Below the pieces are notes generated by a model. The model had not been told where the DNA came from. It did no database searches and worked only from the letters and a program-made list of their open reading frames with translations. A DNA stretch of 64,000 nucleotides from Actinomycetes bacterium (GTDB lineage Bacteria; Actinomycetota; Actinomycetes; JAHEKZ01): the NCBI GenBank assembly GCA_024644345.1, contig JAHELE010000004.1, positions 9,523 to 73,522 on the forward strand. The letters run 5' to 3'. Position numbers and translations under genes: made by a program. Positions 18,001-27,911 of this stretch are shown piece after piece (the stretch's first letter is position 1; each line of letters begins with the position of its first letter).

Positions 18001-18760
18001 GGTCGGTGTTCCGGTCAGGTCCGACACCCAGCTCTCCCTGGCGCTCGGCCCTTCCGACGAACAGGTCGCCCCCTCCGGACTCCCTGAGATGACCGGCGCC
18101 GAGCAGGTCAGAGCTGAGCTCGACGTCCTCGGTCTGGACGCCAGCCGTCATGTCATCGACTTCTACAGTCCGCTCCTCCGAGCCCTCGACGTCGTACGTT
18201 CCCGCCATCTCCTCACCTGTCGCTCCCGCAGTGAGGTGTTGGTGGCCGGGGTCAAGGTGGCGACCCAGACCCCACCGATCCGCTCCGGTCGCCGGGTGGT
18301 CTTTGTCACGCTCGACGACGCGACCGGCCCGGTGGACGCCACCTTCTTCGAGGACGCCCAAGGGCCGTACGCCGCCACGCTCTTTCACTCCTGGCTGCTG
18401 CTCATTCGGGGCGAGGTTCGGCGGACCGGTCCACGGGGGGTTTCACTGCGGGCCACCGGATGCTGGGAGCTCGCCGGTCTCTACGACCTGTGGCAGCGCC
18501 AAGGAATCGGCGCGGTCCATGAGGTGCTCGACACCCCACCCCCCGGGTTCGGTCCGAACGAGGTCAAGGCTCCGGCCGCCCCGGACCGTGATGAGGGGGC
18601 ATCCTCCGCAGGAGGAATGGGACGCAGGCGAATCCTGGTGCACCCCAGTGGATTCCGGCAGTCGCCGTACGCCGATGTCCGTCCGGCCGGTGATGACGTC
18701 AACAAGGGTGCGCCACCCCGCAAGCTCTGGCACTCCAGTCCCGGCAGTTCCGGTGGGTGA
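15059..18760 (+). CDS. dnaE2: error-prone DNA polymerase (DnaE2/ImuC)
   Basis: 1233 aa. PHP domain (HLHVASGWSLRHGAS..LTDRDGV), Pol III alpha core and OB fold. It is distinct from the dnaE1 at 50337. GTG start. SOS box upstream. Confidence 0.85.
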   Translation: MTSSLSSFPHLHVASGWSLRHGASSPEMLVGVAADLGLTTLGLTDRDGVRGAVRFARAALSAGIAPVFGADLALAPPSTTGRAPERVRRTPARGGRTLDQRLPRVTVLARGPNGWAALCRLVSAAHARAELTGERGRPTVDADLVGQHAAEGALVVLLGPDSDVGRTLARRRPDLAMQQWRSWRARVPELQCEVVNHRGADPAGRSAPFAGRMLGWAHEHQIDTVLTNAVRYARREDAPVADVLDAARQLVPLDLRHLDRRTGEGYLKSSAHMTEVATEVARLSGVGTERATARALLAATEQLAEQCLLDPVADLGLGSVHFPELEVVDPAAAAAGRAPDAVLRERCDLGWSARALPITGRAAVDARDRLEHELGIIAGLGYATYFLTVADVVELIRSMQVRVAARGSGAGSLVTYLLGISGVDPVRHDLLFERFLSPLRQALPDIDVDVESARRTEIYTNIFERFGTARVACVSMADTYRVRHAIRDVGAALGLPPSEIDTVAKAFPHIRAKDAQNALRELPELRASRIADDPRMTLLFSLVERLDGLPRHLALHPCGVLLSDATLLDRTPVEQSAMGFAMSQFDKDDVEHLGLLKLDVLGIRMQSAMAYALDEIERVDGLPQRPDLDAVPFDDPATFDLIRSTHTLGCFQIESPGQRELVGKFAPETFDDLIIDISLFRPGPVKSDMVRPFLQARHGWAEPQYLHPDLEQVLRPTYGVVVFHEQVIDILHVITGCSRAEGDEKRRALGDPDGQAETREWFYRHARLRRYDLSTIERIWDVLRAFASFGFCKAHAAAFALPTYQSAWLKAHHTAGFLAGVLTHDPGMYPKRLILDDARQFGVAVLPLDVNTSQSGYRVERFDAADASPPPRSLANRALPDARGYGIRIALAEVKGISDAEVERIVSGQPFRSLTDFWHRAAVSRPVVERLVIAGAFDSLHGIDLTLPTSSARRRITRRDLLLQVAELDRWTAMPAARRTRVGVPVRSDTQLSLALGPSDEQVAPSGLPEMTGAEQVRAELDVLGLDASRHVIDFYSPLLRALDVVRSRHLLTCRSRSEVLVAGVKVATQTPPIRSGRRVVFVTLDDATGPVDATFFEDAQGPYAATLFHSWLLLIRGEVRRTGPRGVSLRATGCWELAGLYDLWQRQGIGAVHEVLDTPPPGFGPNEVKAPAAPDRDEGASSAGGMGRRRILVHPSGFRQSPYADVRPAGDDVNKGAPPRKLWHSSPGSSGG

Positions 18761-18809
18761 CGCGAGATAGGGGGACAATGGCTTCGACAGCGCAGGATGA
18801 GGGAGGCGG

Positions 18810-20051
18810 ATGACCAAGCAACAGCTCGGACGTGCTGGCGCCCGAAAACCGGCGCAGGGCTACCCCCCAGGTGATGACACCGGCTGCAATGTCCTGCACG
18901 TCGACATGGATGCCTTCTACGCATCCGTCGAGCTGCTCCGCCACCCCGAACTCGTCGGAACGCCAGTCGTCGTCGGCGGCGGCGGCACCCGGGGCGTGGT
19001 CCTGTCGGCCACTTACGAGGCACGCGCGTTTGGAGTTCACTCCGCGATGCCGACGTCGCGGGCGCGGCGGCTCTGTCCGAACGCCACCTTCCTGGCTCCG
19101 CACCACCACGACTATGCCCGGATCTCGGCCGGGGTGATGGCCATCTTCGGATCGATCACGCCACACGTCGAACCGCTCAGCCTCGACGAGGCGTTCCTCG
19201 ACGTCAGCGGCGCGCGTCGACGACTCGGCTCGCCGACGCAGATCGCCGAGCTGATTCGCACCACGGTTCAGGACGAACAGGGCATCACGTGCTCGGTAGG
19301 AGTGGCGTCCACCAAATTCGTCGCCAAGCTCGCGTCCGGACGATGCAAGCCGGATGGGCTCCTCGTCGTGCCCGCAGACCAGGTGATCGAGTTCCTCCAT
19401 CCCTTGCAGATCGGTGCCCTGTGGGGCGTCGGTGACAAGACAGAGGAGGCGCTGCATCGACTGGGCCTCCGCACCGTCGCCGACCTTGCCAACACGCCGG
19501 TCAGCACCCTGGAACGAGCACTGGGGCAAGCGGCGGGTCGGCACCTGTGGCAACTTGCCTGGGGCCGGGACGAGCGCACTGTCGTCCCCGATGTCCAGGA
19601 GAAGAGCATCGGACGAGACCGCACCTTTGAGACCGACGTCGACGACCCCGAGGTCGTCCACCGCGAACTGCTGGCGTCGTCGCAGTCCGTGGCGAGCCAG
19701 CTGCGGGCCAGGTCGCTGGCCGGTCGCACCATCGCGATCAAGGTGCGGTTCGCCGACTTCACCACGATCACCCGATCGCGCACGCTGTCCCACCCGACCG
19801 ACGTGGCTCGCGACATCTACGCCACGGCCGTCGCCCTCTTCGACGCCCTGGGCCTGGATCGGGCCCGGCTGCGTCTAGTGGGCGTCCGGGTCGAGGGGCT
19901 GGTGGACGGGTCGACCGTCGCCCACCAGCTCACCTTGGACGAGCGGCCCGAGGCCTGGCGAGCAGCGGAGCGGGCGGCCGATCAGGCCGCCGACCGGTTC
20001 GGTCGAGGGGTGGTTCGACCCGCCAGTCTGGTCGAGACACCCGACCCCTGA
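18810..20051 (+). CDS. dinB: DNA polymerase IV (Y-family, catalytically intact)
   Basis: 413 aa. Catalytic motifs VLHVDMDAFYASVE and SLDEAFLDVSG are intact, so it is not an ImuB-like inactive paralogue. It starts 50 bp after dnaE2. Confidence 0.85.
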   Translation: MTKQQLGRAGARKPAQGYPPGDDTGCNVLHVDMDAFYASVELLRHPELVGTPVVVGGGGTRGVVLSATYEARAFGVHSAMPTSRARRLCPNATFLAPHHHDYARISAGVMAIFGSITPHVEPLSLDEAFLDVSGARRRLGSPTQIAELIRTTVQDEQGITCSVGVASTKFVAKLASGRCKPDGLLVVPADQVIEFLHPLQIGALWGVGDKTEEALHRLGLRTVADLANTPVSTLERALGQAAGRHLWQLAWGRDERTVVPDVQEKSIGRDRTFETDVDDPEVVHRELLASSQSVASQLRARSLAGRTIAIKVRFADFTTITRSRTLSHPTDVARDIYATAVALFDALGLDRARLRLVGVRVEGLVDGSTVAHQLTLDERPEAWRAAERAADQAADRFGRGVVRPASLVETPDP

Positions 20052-20238
20052 GGGGCGTGCTGGCTCCAGACCGAGACGCCGCGAGCCGATGAAGAAAAGG
20101 TGACAGATCACCGTGGATCCACCGGTGGAGTTTCGTCCACGCGCCCGGGGACCTATCCTGGTGGGGAGAGTCCCCGCGACACTCGCGTCCTCGGAGCCTT
20201 CCAGGCCCCGACCGTGCCACCGCAGCGAGGAGGAGGCC

Positions 20239-20616
20239 ATGCCGCTCTCTGATCACGAGCAGCGCCTGCTCGAGCAGATGGAGCGCCAGCTTTATGCTGA
20301 CGACCCCAAGTTGGCGTCCACGCTCCGCGGCAGCGGACGATCCCTGCGCTCGCGCCACCGACTCTTGCTCGGTGCGCTTGCGATCGTCGGAGGGATGGCT
20401 CTTCTCGTTTCCGGAGCGGCCGCACAGTTGTGGCCCCTCGGTGTTGCCGGATTCCTCGTCATGCTCGGCGGCGGTTGGTGGGCTAGCACCGGGTGGCAGA
20501 GCGGTTCGGCAGCCTCGGGCGCGGGTCCGAAGCAGACCCCCCCAAGCCCTCAGCGGTCAGGCTTCATGAGTCGGATCGAAGAGCGGTGGGACCGCCGCCG
20601 CGACGGCGAGCAGTAA
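20239..20616 (+). CDS. DUF3040-family membrane protein
   Basis: ORF track 20113..20616. ATG 20239 is preceded by GAGGAGGAGG. It gives MPLSDHEQRLLEQMERQLYADDPKLA.. plus 2 TM, 125 aa. Confidence 0.6.
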   Translation: MPLSDHEQRLLEQMERQLYADDPKLASTLRGSGRSLRSRHRLLLGALAIVGGMALLVSGAAAQLWPLGVAGFLVMLGGGWWASTGWQSGSAASGAGPKQTPPSPQRSGFMSRIEERWDRRRDGEQ

Positions 20617-20653
20617 CCTCCAGTTTCGTCCGCATCTGGTCCAAGTGTGTGGA

Positions 20654-23083
20654 CTAACCGCTCCGTAGCGGCTTGCGGACGATCCGCGCCACCGTGCGCG
20701 CCCACGTGCTACCTATCGACTCGAGTGTGGCGTTCCATGCGTCGATCACGGCGATCCGACCGGACGCCGGCCACCACTTGGCCAGCCGACGATCACGCGC
20801 AGACAGCCCCCGCAGCAGGTCGGTGCGGATGCTGTCGGCCATCCCTCGGATATCGGCGACCGAAGCGGTCGAGCCGGTCGCGTCGCGATAACGCAGTAGT
20901 TCGACCCAGGCAGCCAGTTGCCGAAGCCGCTGGTCCTCCTCGGGGTTAAGTCGGCCGCGGGCGGGCAGCCGAACAGCCAGATCGCGGGGCGTCTCGTTCG
21001 GGGCGGCCCGCAGGTCGACATCGGTGGCGGAGTCGAGGACATCGGCCCATCCAGCGGCGACGGCGCGATCAGTCGTTTCGATACCGTTCCACCGCTTGCG
21101 CCGCACCGTGACTGAGGCAACTTTGGGTGCGGCAGCCATCGCCGCTGCCAACCCGATCAGCAGCAGCCACAGCCACGCTGTTGAGGAGCCGCTTTCGGGT
21201 GTCTGAGGTGCCGACGTCCCGGCGCTGAACTCGCCACGGCTGCGGTTCGCCTCGAGGACATCGGTGAGATCAGTGGGGCGACCTCCACGGTTGGGGGTCT
21301 CGCAGCCCCCGCGCCGCAGTACGCATCCGCGATCGCGCCCGCCGCCGTTCTGCTGTGCCTCCTCGGTGGCGCTGGTTCCGGGTACCGGCGCATAGGCGGG
21401 GGCCGCGCCGCCGTCCCCGCCGCCAGGTGTCGGCTCGAAGCGCACCCAGCCGGTGCCCTCGAACCACAGCTCTGGCCAGGCGTGGGCATCGTGGGCGGTG
21501 ACCAACCAGGTGTCGCCCTCAACGTTCTCACCCGGCGTGAAGCCCACTTCAACACGTGAGGGGATGCCGAGTGTCCTGGCCATCAGTGCCATGGTCGCTG
21601 AGAACTGTTCGCAGTATCCGCTGCGAGATCGAAGGAACCGCTCGAGAGCTTCTGCGCGATTGCCGCTCACGGTCTCGAGGCTGTAGTCGAACTTGGTACG
21701 GAACCAGTTCTGCAGCGCGAGGGCCCGGTCGTAGTCGTTCGTCGCCTGCGCTGTGACCTCAGCCGCCAATGGGGTGAGTCGTTCATCGATCGGGTCAGGC
21801 AGCGTGAGCATCGGGTTCAGTGAGGGGTCGGCAGCCGGTGCCGAGCGCAACTGGTCGACAGTGGGCGCCACCTCAAGAACCGTGGCGCGGTAGCTCTGGT
21901 TGAACGCCGAGCCGTCCTCGTCCGGGCTGAACACGTCAAAGCTCTGCTCGTCCCACCGCCAGTCGCCTTCTATGTCGACGACAGTTGCGGGATAGGGGAG
22001 CGGTAGTCGCGGCGTGTCGAGTGCCCCGACGGCGAAGTCGTAGCTCACCTCCGTGCGTGCGACATCCTCGCCGAGTCCTGGCGGTGGCGGCAGACCGCGT
22101 GAAGCCTGCTGGTCGCTGCCGGCCTGCAGCTCCTCCAAGGTCCACGTCTCTCCGTCGAACTGATCGAGCGTTGCGATGCGCAGATACTGCGGTGTCTCCG
22201 CGTCGGTGGTGTAGGCGAGTACCTCGCTGTCCTCGGCCTGGGTCAGATCCTGCTGCAGGTCGACGAGAGGGTTGACCGTGATGATGCGACGCTCGGTCGC
22301 TGACGAGTCGCCGTTGCCGCCGTTGCCACCGCTCCCATCGCCTGACCCGCCGCCGAACCGGCCGTCCTCGAGGCTCGGAAGAATGATCGGAATGATCACG
22401 GCCACGGTGAGCGCCGCCACACCGATGCGACGGCCGGTGCCACCAATCGAGTGGATCGTGCCGTCTCCGCCCCCCTCGATGGGTCGGCCCCAGCGCGAGA
22501 GCTCAAGACGTCCATCCTCGAGCAACAGGATCAACCAGCCCACACCGGCGGCAACGAACAGCGGCCACGGGACTCCGTCCGGAAGCACCGTCGCGGGAAC
22601 GAGGTAGAGGGCCAGCAGCGGGACGCCGGCCAGCGTCGCGCGTCTGTTGGTGACGGCGATCGCATCGACAGCCCACGCGATGAGGGCGACGCCGCTCACG
22701 ACCAGGAAGCTGATGCCGTCGGTGACTGTGACGGGGGCTACCTCCTGCTCGATGACCGAGCTGCCGTCGCGCACGAGGGTCCCGAAGGCGCGCCAGACGT
22801 CCGGGTCGGGCAGCACGCCGAAGAGCGCGACGTCGCTGGCGTAGAGCCAGGTGAGCAGCAGGACCAGGCCGACTGCCTGCAGGGTCATCACCGCCCAGCC
22901 GGGAAGCGACAGTGCCCTGGCCGCACCGCCGATCAGGGCGGTGGTGGCGATGACCAAGAAGGTGGCGAGCACCCAGGGACCCTCGGCAAGAGTTGGCGAC
23001 AGCGCGATCGACGTGAGCGCCACCGCGCCGGCAGCGGCCAGGGTGGGGCGAACTTGGCGCGTCACGGCCCGGCGCGCACTCAT
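20654..23083 (-). CDS. transglutaminase-domain membrane protein (TgpA/DUF3488 + transglutaminase core)
   Basis: ORF track 20654..23218. Start at ATG 23083 (MSARRAV..), ATGA-overlapping the DUF58 stop. It has multi-TM N-terminal and C-terminal regions and a TGase core (..HDAHAWPELWFEGTGWVRFEPTPG). Confidence 0.8.
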   Translation of the reverse strand: MSARRAVTRQVRPTLAAAGAVALTSIALSPTLAEGPWVLATFLVIATTALIGGAARALSLPGWAVMTLQAVGLVLLLTWLYASDVALFGVLPDPDVWRAFGTLVRDGSSVIEQEVAPVTVTDGISFLVVSGVALIAWAVDAIAVTNRRATLAGVPLLALYLVPATVLPDGVPWPLFVAAGVGWLILLLEDGRLELSRWGRPIEGGGDGTIHSIGGTGRRIGVAALTVAVIIPIILPSLEDGRFGGGSGDGSGGNGGNGDSSATERRIITVNPLVDLQQDLTQAEDSEVLAYTTDAETPQYLRIATLDQFDGETWTLEELQAGSDQQASRGLPPPPGLGEDVARTEVSYDFAVGALDTPRLPLPYPATVVDIEGDWRWDEQSFDVFSPDEDGSAFNQSYRATVLEVAPTVDQLRSAPAADPSLNPMLTLPDPIDERLTPLAAEVTAQATNDYDRALALQNWFRTKFDYSLETVSGNRAEALERFLRSRSGYCEQFSATMALMARTLGIPSRVEVGFTPGENVEGDTWLVTAHDAHAWPELWFEGTGWVRFEPTPGGGDGGAAPAYAPVPGTSATEEAQQNGGGRDRGCVLRRGGCETPNRGGRPTDLTDVLEANRSRGEFSAGTSAPQTPESGSSTAWLWLLLIGLAAAMAAAPKVASVTVRRKRWNGIETTDRAVAAGWADVLDSATDVDLRAAPNETPRDLAVRLPARGRLNPEEDQRLRQLAAWVELLRYRDATGSTASVADIRGMADSIRTDLLRGLSARDRRLAKWWPASGRIAVIDAWNATLESIGSTWARTVARIVRKPLRSG

Positions 23084-24363
23084 GCGCTGACCTCGGGTGC
23101 GAGTGTCGCGCTGGCTGAAGTCCCACCGGAGAACCCCAGGTGTCGCCACGACTCCGCGAGGCTCTCGGCCCGCCCTAGCGGCAGGACCGCCCATCCTGCG
23201 GACCGCAGGAGCTCCCATGCGCCCAGGGTGTCGGGACGTGTCGCCTCGTTCTTCCAGGATGCGCAGTCCAGCGCGACGGCGACAGTCGTCCCCATGCCGT
23301 GCCGGGCACGGGCCAAGGCGTCGGCCTCTTTGAGCGTGGTGGCGCCGAGCACCATGACGATCAGGCCGTCACTGCCGTGGCGGACCGTCTGGGTCAGGGT
23401 GTGGATGCTGGACGACCTGCTGAGCTCGGCGACCGCGAGGGCGTCGAGCACCATTCCGGTGGGATCGGAGTTGGCGACGTTGTCGACCGCGCTCGCCGAG
23501 GTGACCTCGCGAGCGTCCGCCACGAGGCGAACGGCGTAGCCGCGGTGGGACAGGTGCAGGGCGATCGAGGCCGCTGCGCCGACCGCCCGTTCGAACGTGC
23601 CCGACATCGGTTCGCCGACGTGCGCGGGTCTGCGATCGTCGAGGATCACCGTTGCCCGGCTCTCCCATGGCTGTTCCTCTCGGCGCACCATCAACGAGCC
23701 GGATCGCGCGGTCGCTCGCCAGTGCACGCGGCGCAGCTCATCTCCGTGCCGGTACTCACGGACGGCGACGTCGTCCTCGCCGGCAGTGGCGATGGATCGC
23801 GCCCGACTCTCACCGGTGCCGGACCAGTCGCCGGACAGCGGCACTGCGGGCAACACCTCTGTCCGAGGCGTGACCAGCAGGTGACGTTGTCCGCTGAACG
23901 AGCGATCGAGCTGGCAGAACCCGAACGGATCGGTGAGCCGGACCGAGAGCGGACCGATCGGGTACCTGCCGCGTCGGTCGGCATGCACGGTGTAGGTGAC
24001 CGATCGGACCGATTGCGGCGCCAGGCGATCGACGACAAATCGGGGTCGAGGACCGAGCGCCTTGGGGACAGCGTCTTCGACCATCAGCAGTCCGGTGGGC
24101 AGGTGCGCCACATTCTCAAGCCGAATGGTGACCGAAGCGGACTCACCGGCCGGCGTTCGTGACGGCTCGATGGTGCGGCCGGAGCCGAGCCGGAACCTGG
24201 TTCGGGCCACGCTGGCTGCAGCCAGTAGCGGTAGGGCGCTGGCGAGCAGGCCGACGCGCATGATGTCTTGCTGGTCCAGCATTGCGGCCAGCAGGAACGC
24301 GGTCACCCCGGCAGCGAGCAGGGCTCGGCCCCGGGGGGTGAGACCAGCCAGCGCCGCACGCAT
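23080..24363 (-). CDS. DUF58 domain protein (vWA-like, MoxR partner)
   Basis: 427 aa, 2 N-terminal TM and a DUF58 pattern (REYRHGDELRRVHWRATARSGSLMVRREE). It lies between the MoxR and the transglutaminase genes. Confidence 0.8.
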   Translation of the reverse strand: MRAALAGLTPRGRALLAAGVTAFLLAAMLDQQDIMRVGLLASALPLLAAASVARTRFRLGSGRTIEPSRTPAGESASVTIRLENVAHLPTGLLMVEDAVPKALGPRPRFVVDRLAPQSVRSVTYTVHADRRGRYPIGPLSVRLTDPFGFCQLDRSFSGQRHLLVTPRTEVLPAVPLSGDWSGTGESRARSIATAGEDDVAVREYRHGDELRRVHWRATARSGSLMVRREEQPWESRATVILDDRRPAHVGEPMSGTFERAVGAAASIALHLSHRGYAVRLVADAREVTSASAVDNVANSDPTGMVLDALAVAELSRSSSIHTLTQTVRHGSDGLIVMVLGATTLKEADALARARHGMGTTVAVALDCASWKNEATRPDTLGAWELLRSAGWAVLPLGRAESLAESWRHLGFSGGTSASATLAPEVSA

Positions 24364-24376
24364 ATCAGCTCGCCTG

Positions 24377-25372
<996 letters not shown>

Positions 25373-25575
25373 AGCTCGTCCTGGGGTGCGAGGTGGGGCA
25401 CCAGGCCTCCTGGGCGTTGGCGGCGGGCGGGTTGATGACCAGGTGTCATCGCACTCCAGCGTAAGCCGCCGGACGCCTATCGGCCTGCAGAAACACTTCC
25501 CCCACTTCACTCCACGGCTTTGATCTGCATATTTGTCCCTCAAGATTCCGTCACAGGGGGTCGAAATGATTGACG

Positions 25576-25609
25576 GTGGGGGAAAGTGGAGTATGGTGGC
25601 GCATCGTGG
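25576..25609 (+). promoter_or_regulatory. putative MraZ operator: four direct GTGG(G/A/C) repeats at exact 10-bp phasing (25576, 25586, 25596, 25606)
   Basis: The repeats end about 28 bp upstream of the mraZ start. The layout resembles the phased GTGGG direct repeats bound by E. coli MraZ. Confidence 0.4.
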
Positions 25610-25637
25610 ATGAGAGCGGAGAGGGGAGGCGGCGCCG

Positions 25638-26066
25638 GTGTTCTTGGGCACGCACTACCCCAAGCTCGACGACAAAGGACGTCTCTTCCTGCCGGCCAAG
25701 TTCCGTGAACCCCTCCAGGGCGGACTGGTGATCACCAAGGGGCAGGAGCACTCGCTCTTCGTGTTCCCCCGAGAAGACTTCTTTGAGTACGCGCGCCGGT
25801 TTGAGGACGCACCCCTCTCCAGCAAGGGCACCCGCGACTATGTGCGCGTCCTGCTCTCGGGCGCCTCAGACGAGCTGCCCGACCGGCAAGGACGGATCAC
25901 CGTTCCGCCAACGCTGCGGGAGTACGCGGGACTCACCAAGGAGTGCGTGGTCATCGGAGCTGGATCTCGGGTGGAGATCTGGGACTCCGGTCGATGGGCT
26001 GACTACCTGGGACCCAGTGAAGGCGCCTACGCAGACCTCAGCGAGGAGGTGCTGCCGGGCACCTGA
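25638..26066 (+). CDS. mraZ: transcriptional regulator MraZ
   Basis: 142 aa. Duplicated MraZ/SpoVT-AbrB motif (DDKGRLFLPAKFRE..; DRQGRITVPPTLREYAGL). GTG start with a GGAGAGGGGAGG RBS. Confidence 0.9.
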   Translation: MFLGTHYPKLDDKGRLFLPAKFREPLQGGLVITKGQEHSLFVFPREDFFEYARRFEDAPLSSKGTRDYVRVLLSGASDELPDRQGRITVPPTLREYAGLTKECVVIGAGSRVEIWDSGRWADYLGPSEGAYADLSEEVLPGT

Positions 26067-26433
26067 CTCCGCCGTCCTCGAGGTGTGGTCTTCCGCCGCT
26101 CTGATCAGTCCGGACCGTCCTGGCGCACCTTCCCCGGTGCCAGGCCCCGGAGCAGGAGCGGAGGAAGACCAGACCGCGAGGGCACCCCGAGTTCATTCCA
26201 TCGAAGTTAGCCGCACGTGAAGGGTCGAGCATGAGTGGCACGTTGGGGATCGCCCCGATTCGCACAGCCGGAGCTGAGGGCATCCATCGTTTGGTGCGTT
26301 CGGTCACCGTTCACCGGAGGGCTGTCGCCCGCCGGGGTGGTCTCACCACTCTGCCGGCGCTCGCGGTGGCGATCGTCGTGACCGCGAGCGTGGTCTGGGT
26401 GACGGTGGCGGCGGCCAGCAGCTGGAGACCGGT

Positions 26434-27372
26434 GTGACCGAGCCAACCCATGCACCCGTGATGTGCGCCCGGGTGGTGGCGCTGTTGGCGCCAGCACTGC
26501 AGGCGCCCGGTGCAGTCCTCGTCGACGCGACGGTGGGCCTTGGTGGGCACAGTGGAGCCCTGCTGAGATCCTGCCCCAACGCTCGGCTGGTGGGTATCGA
26601 CCGGGACCCAGGCGCGCTCGCCGTTGCGAACGACCGGCTCACCGACGTGGCCGAACGCATCACGCTGGTGCACGCCATATACGACGACATTCCCCAGGTC
26701 CTCGCCGACCTCGGACTGCCGCGGGTGAACGGGGTGCTTCTCGATCTCGGGGTCTCCTCGATGCAGCTGGACCGGGCCGAGCGTGGATTCGCCTACTCGT
26801 ACGATTCTCCGCTGGACATGCGGATGGATCCCACCGCGCAGCTCACGGCTGCCGCGGTGGTCAACGACTACCCGGTCAGTGACCTGGCGAGGGTGCTGCG
26901 TGAGTACGGCGAGGAGCGATTCGCCCAGCGGATCGCCAGAGAGATCGCCCGCAGACGTCCGCTCGTGAGCAGCGCCGAGCTCGTCGACGCGATTCGCGAG
27001 GCCGTACCGGCTGCGGCACAGCGCCATGGTGGGCATCCGGCCAAGCGCACCTTCCAGGCACTGCGGATCGAGGTCAACGACGAGCTCGGTGCGCTGCGGA
27101 GAGCGCTTCCTGCCGCTGTGGATGCGTTGGCTGTCCACGGTCGGATCGTGGTCATGTCCTACCAGTCCCTCGAGGACCGGATCGCCAAGCGCGTGCTGGC
27201 CGACCATCTGGTCGATGACGTCCCGGTGGATCTGCCCGTCCCGGGCCACGGACCGGAGCTTCGCCTGCTCACCAGAGGCGCTGAACGGCCGACAGCTGAG
27301 GAGATTGCGGCCAACCCGCGCGCAACGTCGGCCCGAGTTCGCGCTGCCGAGCGGGTTCGGGAGGCCGCATGA
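26434..27372 (+). CDS. rsmH: 16S rRNA (cytosine1402-N4)-methyltransferase
   Basis: 312 aa. HxPV(M/L) N-terminal motif, SAM-binding [10 protein letters not shown] and a FQALRIEVN motif. Confidence 0.9.
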   Translation: MTEPTHAPVMCARVVALLAPALQAPGAVLVDATVGLGGHSGALLRSCPNARLVGIDRDPGALAVANDRLTDVAERITLVHAIYDDIPQVLADLGLPRVNGVLLDLGVSSMQLDRAERGFAYSYDSPLDMRMDPTAQLTAAAVVNDYPVSDLARVLREYGEERFAQRIAREIARRRPLVSSAELVDAIREAVPAAAQRHGGHPAKRTFQALRIEVNDELGALRRALPAAVDALAVHGRIVVMSYQSLEDRIAKRVLADHLVDDVPVDLPVPGHGPELRLLTRGAERPTAEEIAANPRATSARVRAAERVREAA

Positions 27373-27911
27373 GCGTCGCGACCCCACAACGTCGGACGAC
27401 CACACCCGCTCCCAGGGCTCGGCGCCAGCCGGCGGTTCGCCCCGCCGCCGCCCCGGCGCCGGCGCGCGCACCCTTCGTCGTGCTCGTGCTGGTCCTGCTG
27501 TCGGTGGGACTCGGTGCGCTGCTCCTGCTGAACACCCTGCTCGCCCAGGGTTCGTTCACCCTGCACTCGCTGGATGCCCGGGTGGCAGATCTGGCCGATC
27601 AAGAGCAGGCGCTGCAGCAGCGAACGGCCGAGCTTGCATCACCCCGGCGACTGGCGAGGAGCGCCGCCCGGATCGGCATGGTTCCGTCGGTCAACCCAGC
27701 TTTCCTCCGGACCGAGAACGGCAAGATCCTCGGCGAGCCGATCCCGGCGACAAGCAGGGCACCCGTGGTTGGATCGGAAACCACGCCGGTGGCCGGTGCT
27801 GACGACGCACAGACCAAGGCCAGCGGGTCCGGCCCGAGTCCAGATGAGAAGCAGACCAAGAAGAACGGGTCGTCGACGAACGACCAGACCGGCGGAGGGA
27901 CGGATCGGTGA
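27369..27911 (+). CDS. ftsL: cell division protein FtsL-like (septum formation initiator family)
   Basis: 180 aa. Pro/Ala/Arg-rich N-terminus, one TM, then a coiled coil. ATGA overlap with the rsmH stop and GTGA overlap with the ftsI start. It occupies the canonical position. Confidence 0.6.
   Translation: MSVATPQRRTTTPAPRARRQPAVRPAAAPAPARAPFVVLVLVLLSVGLGALLLLNTLLAQGSFTLHSLDARVADLADQEQALQQRTAELASPRRLARSAARIGMVPSVNPAFLRTENGKILGEPIPATSRAPVVGSETTPVAGADDAQTKASGSGPSPDEKQTKKNGSSTNDQTGGGTDR

Noticed and set aside
26311-27471. 386-aa minus-strand ORF antisense to rsmH, and 36323..37288 -, 39491..40977 -, 41116..42147 -, 49206..50180 -, 54569..55555 - antisense to murG, ftsZ, yggS/sepF, rluD and DUF3352
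   Set aside because: Each lies opposite a gene with unambiguous family motifs and operon-style overlaps. They are high-GC antisense artefacts.
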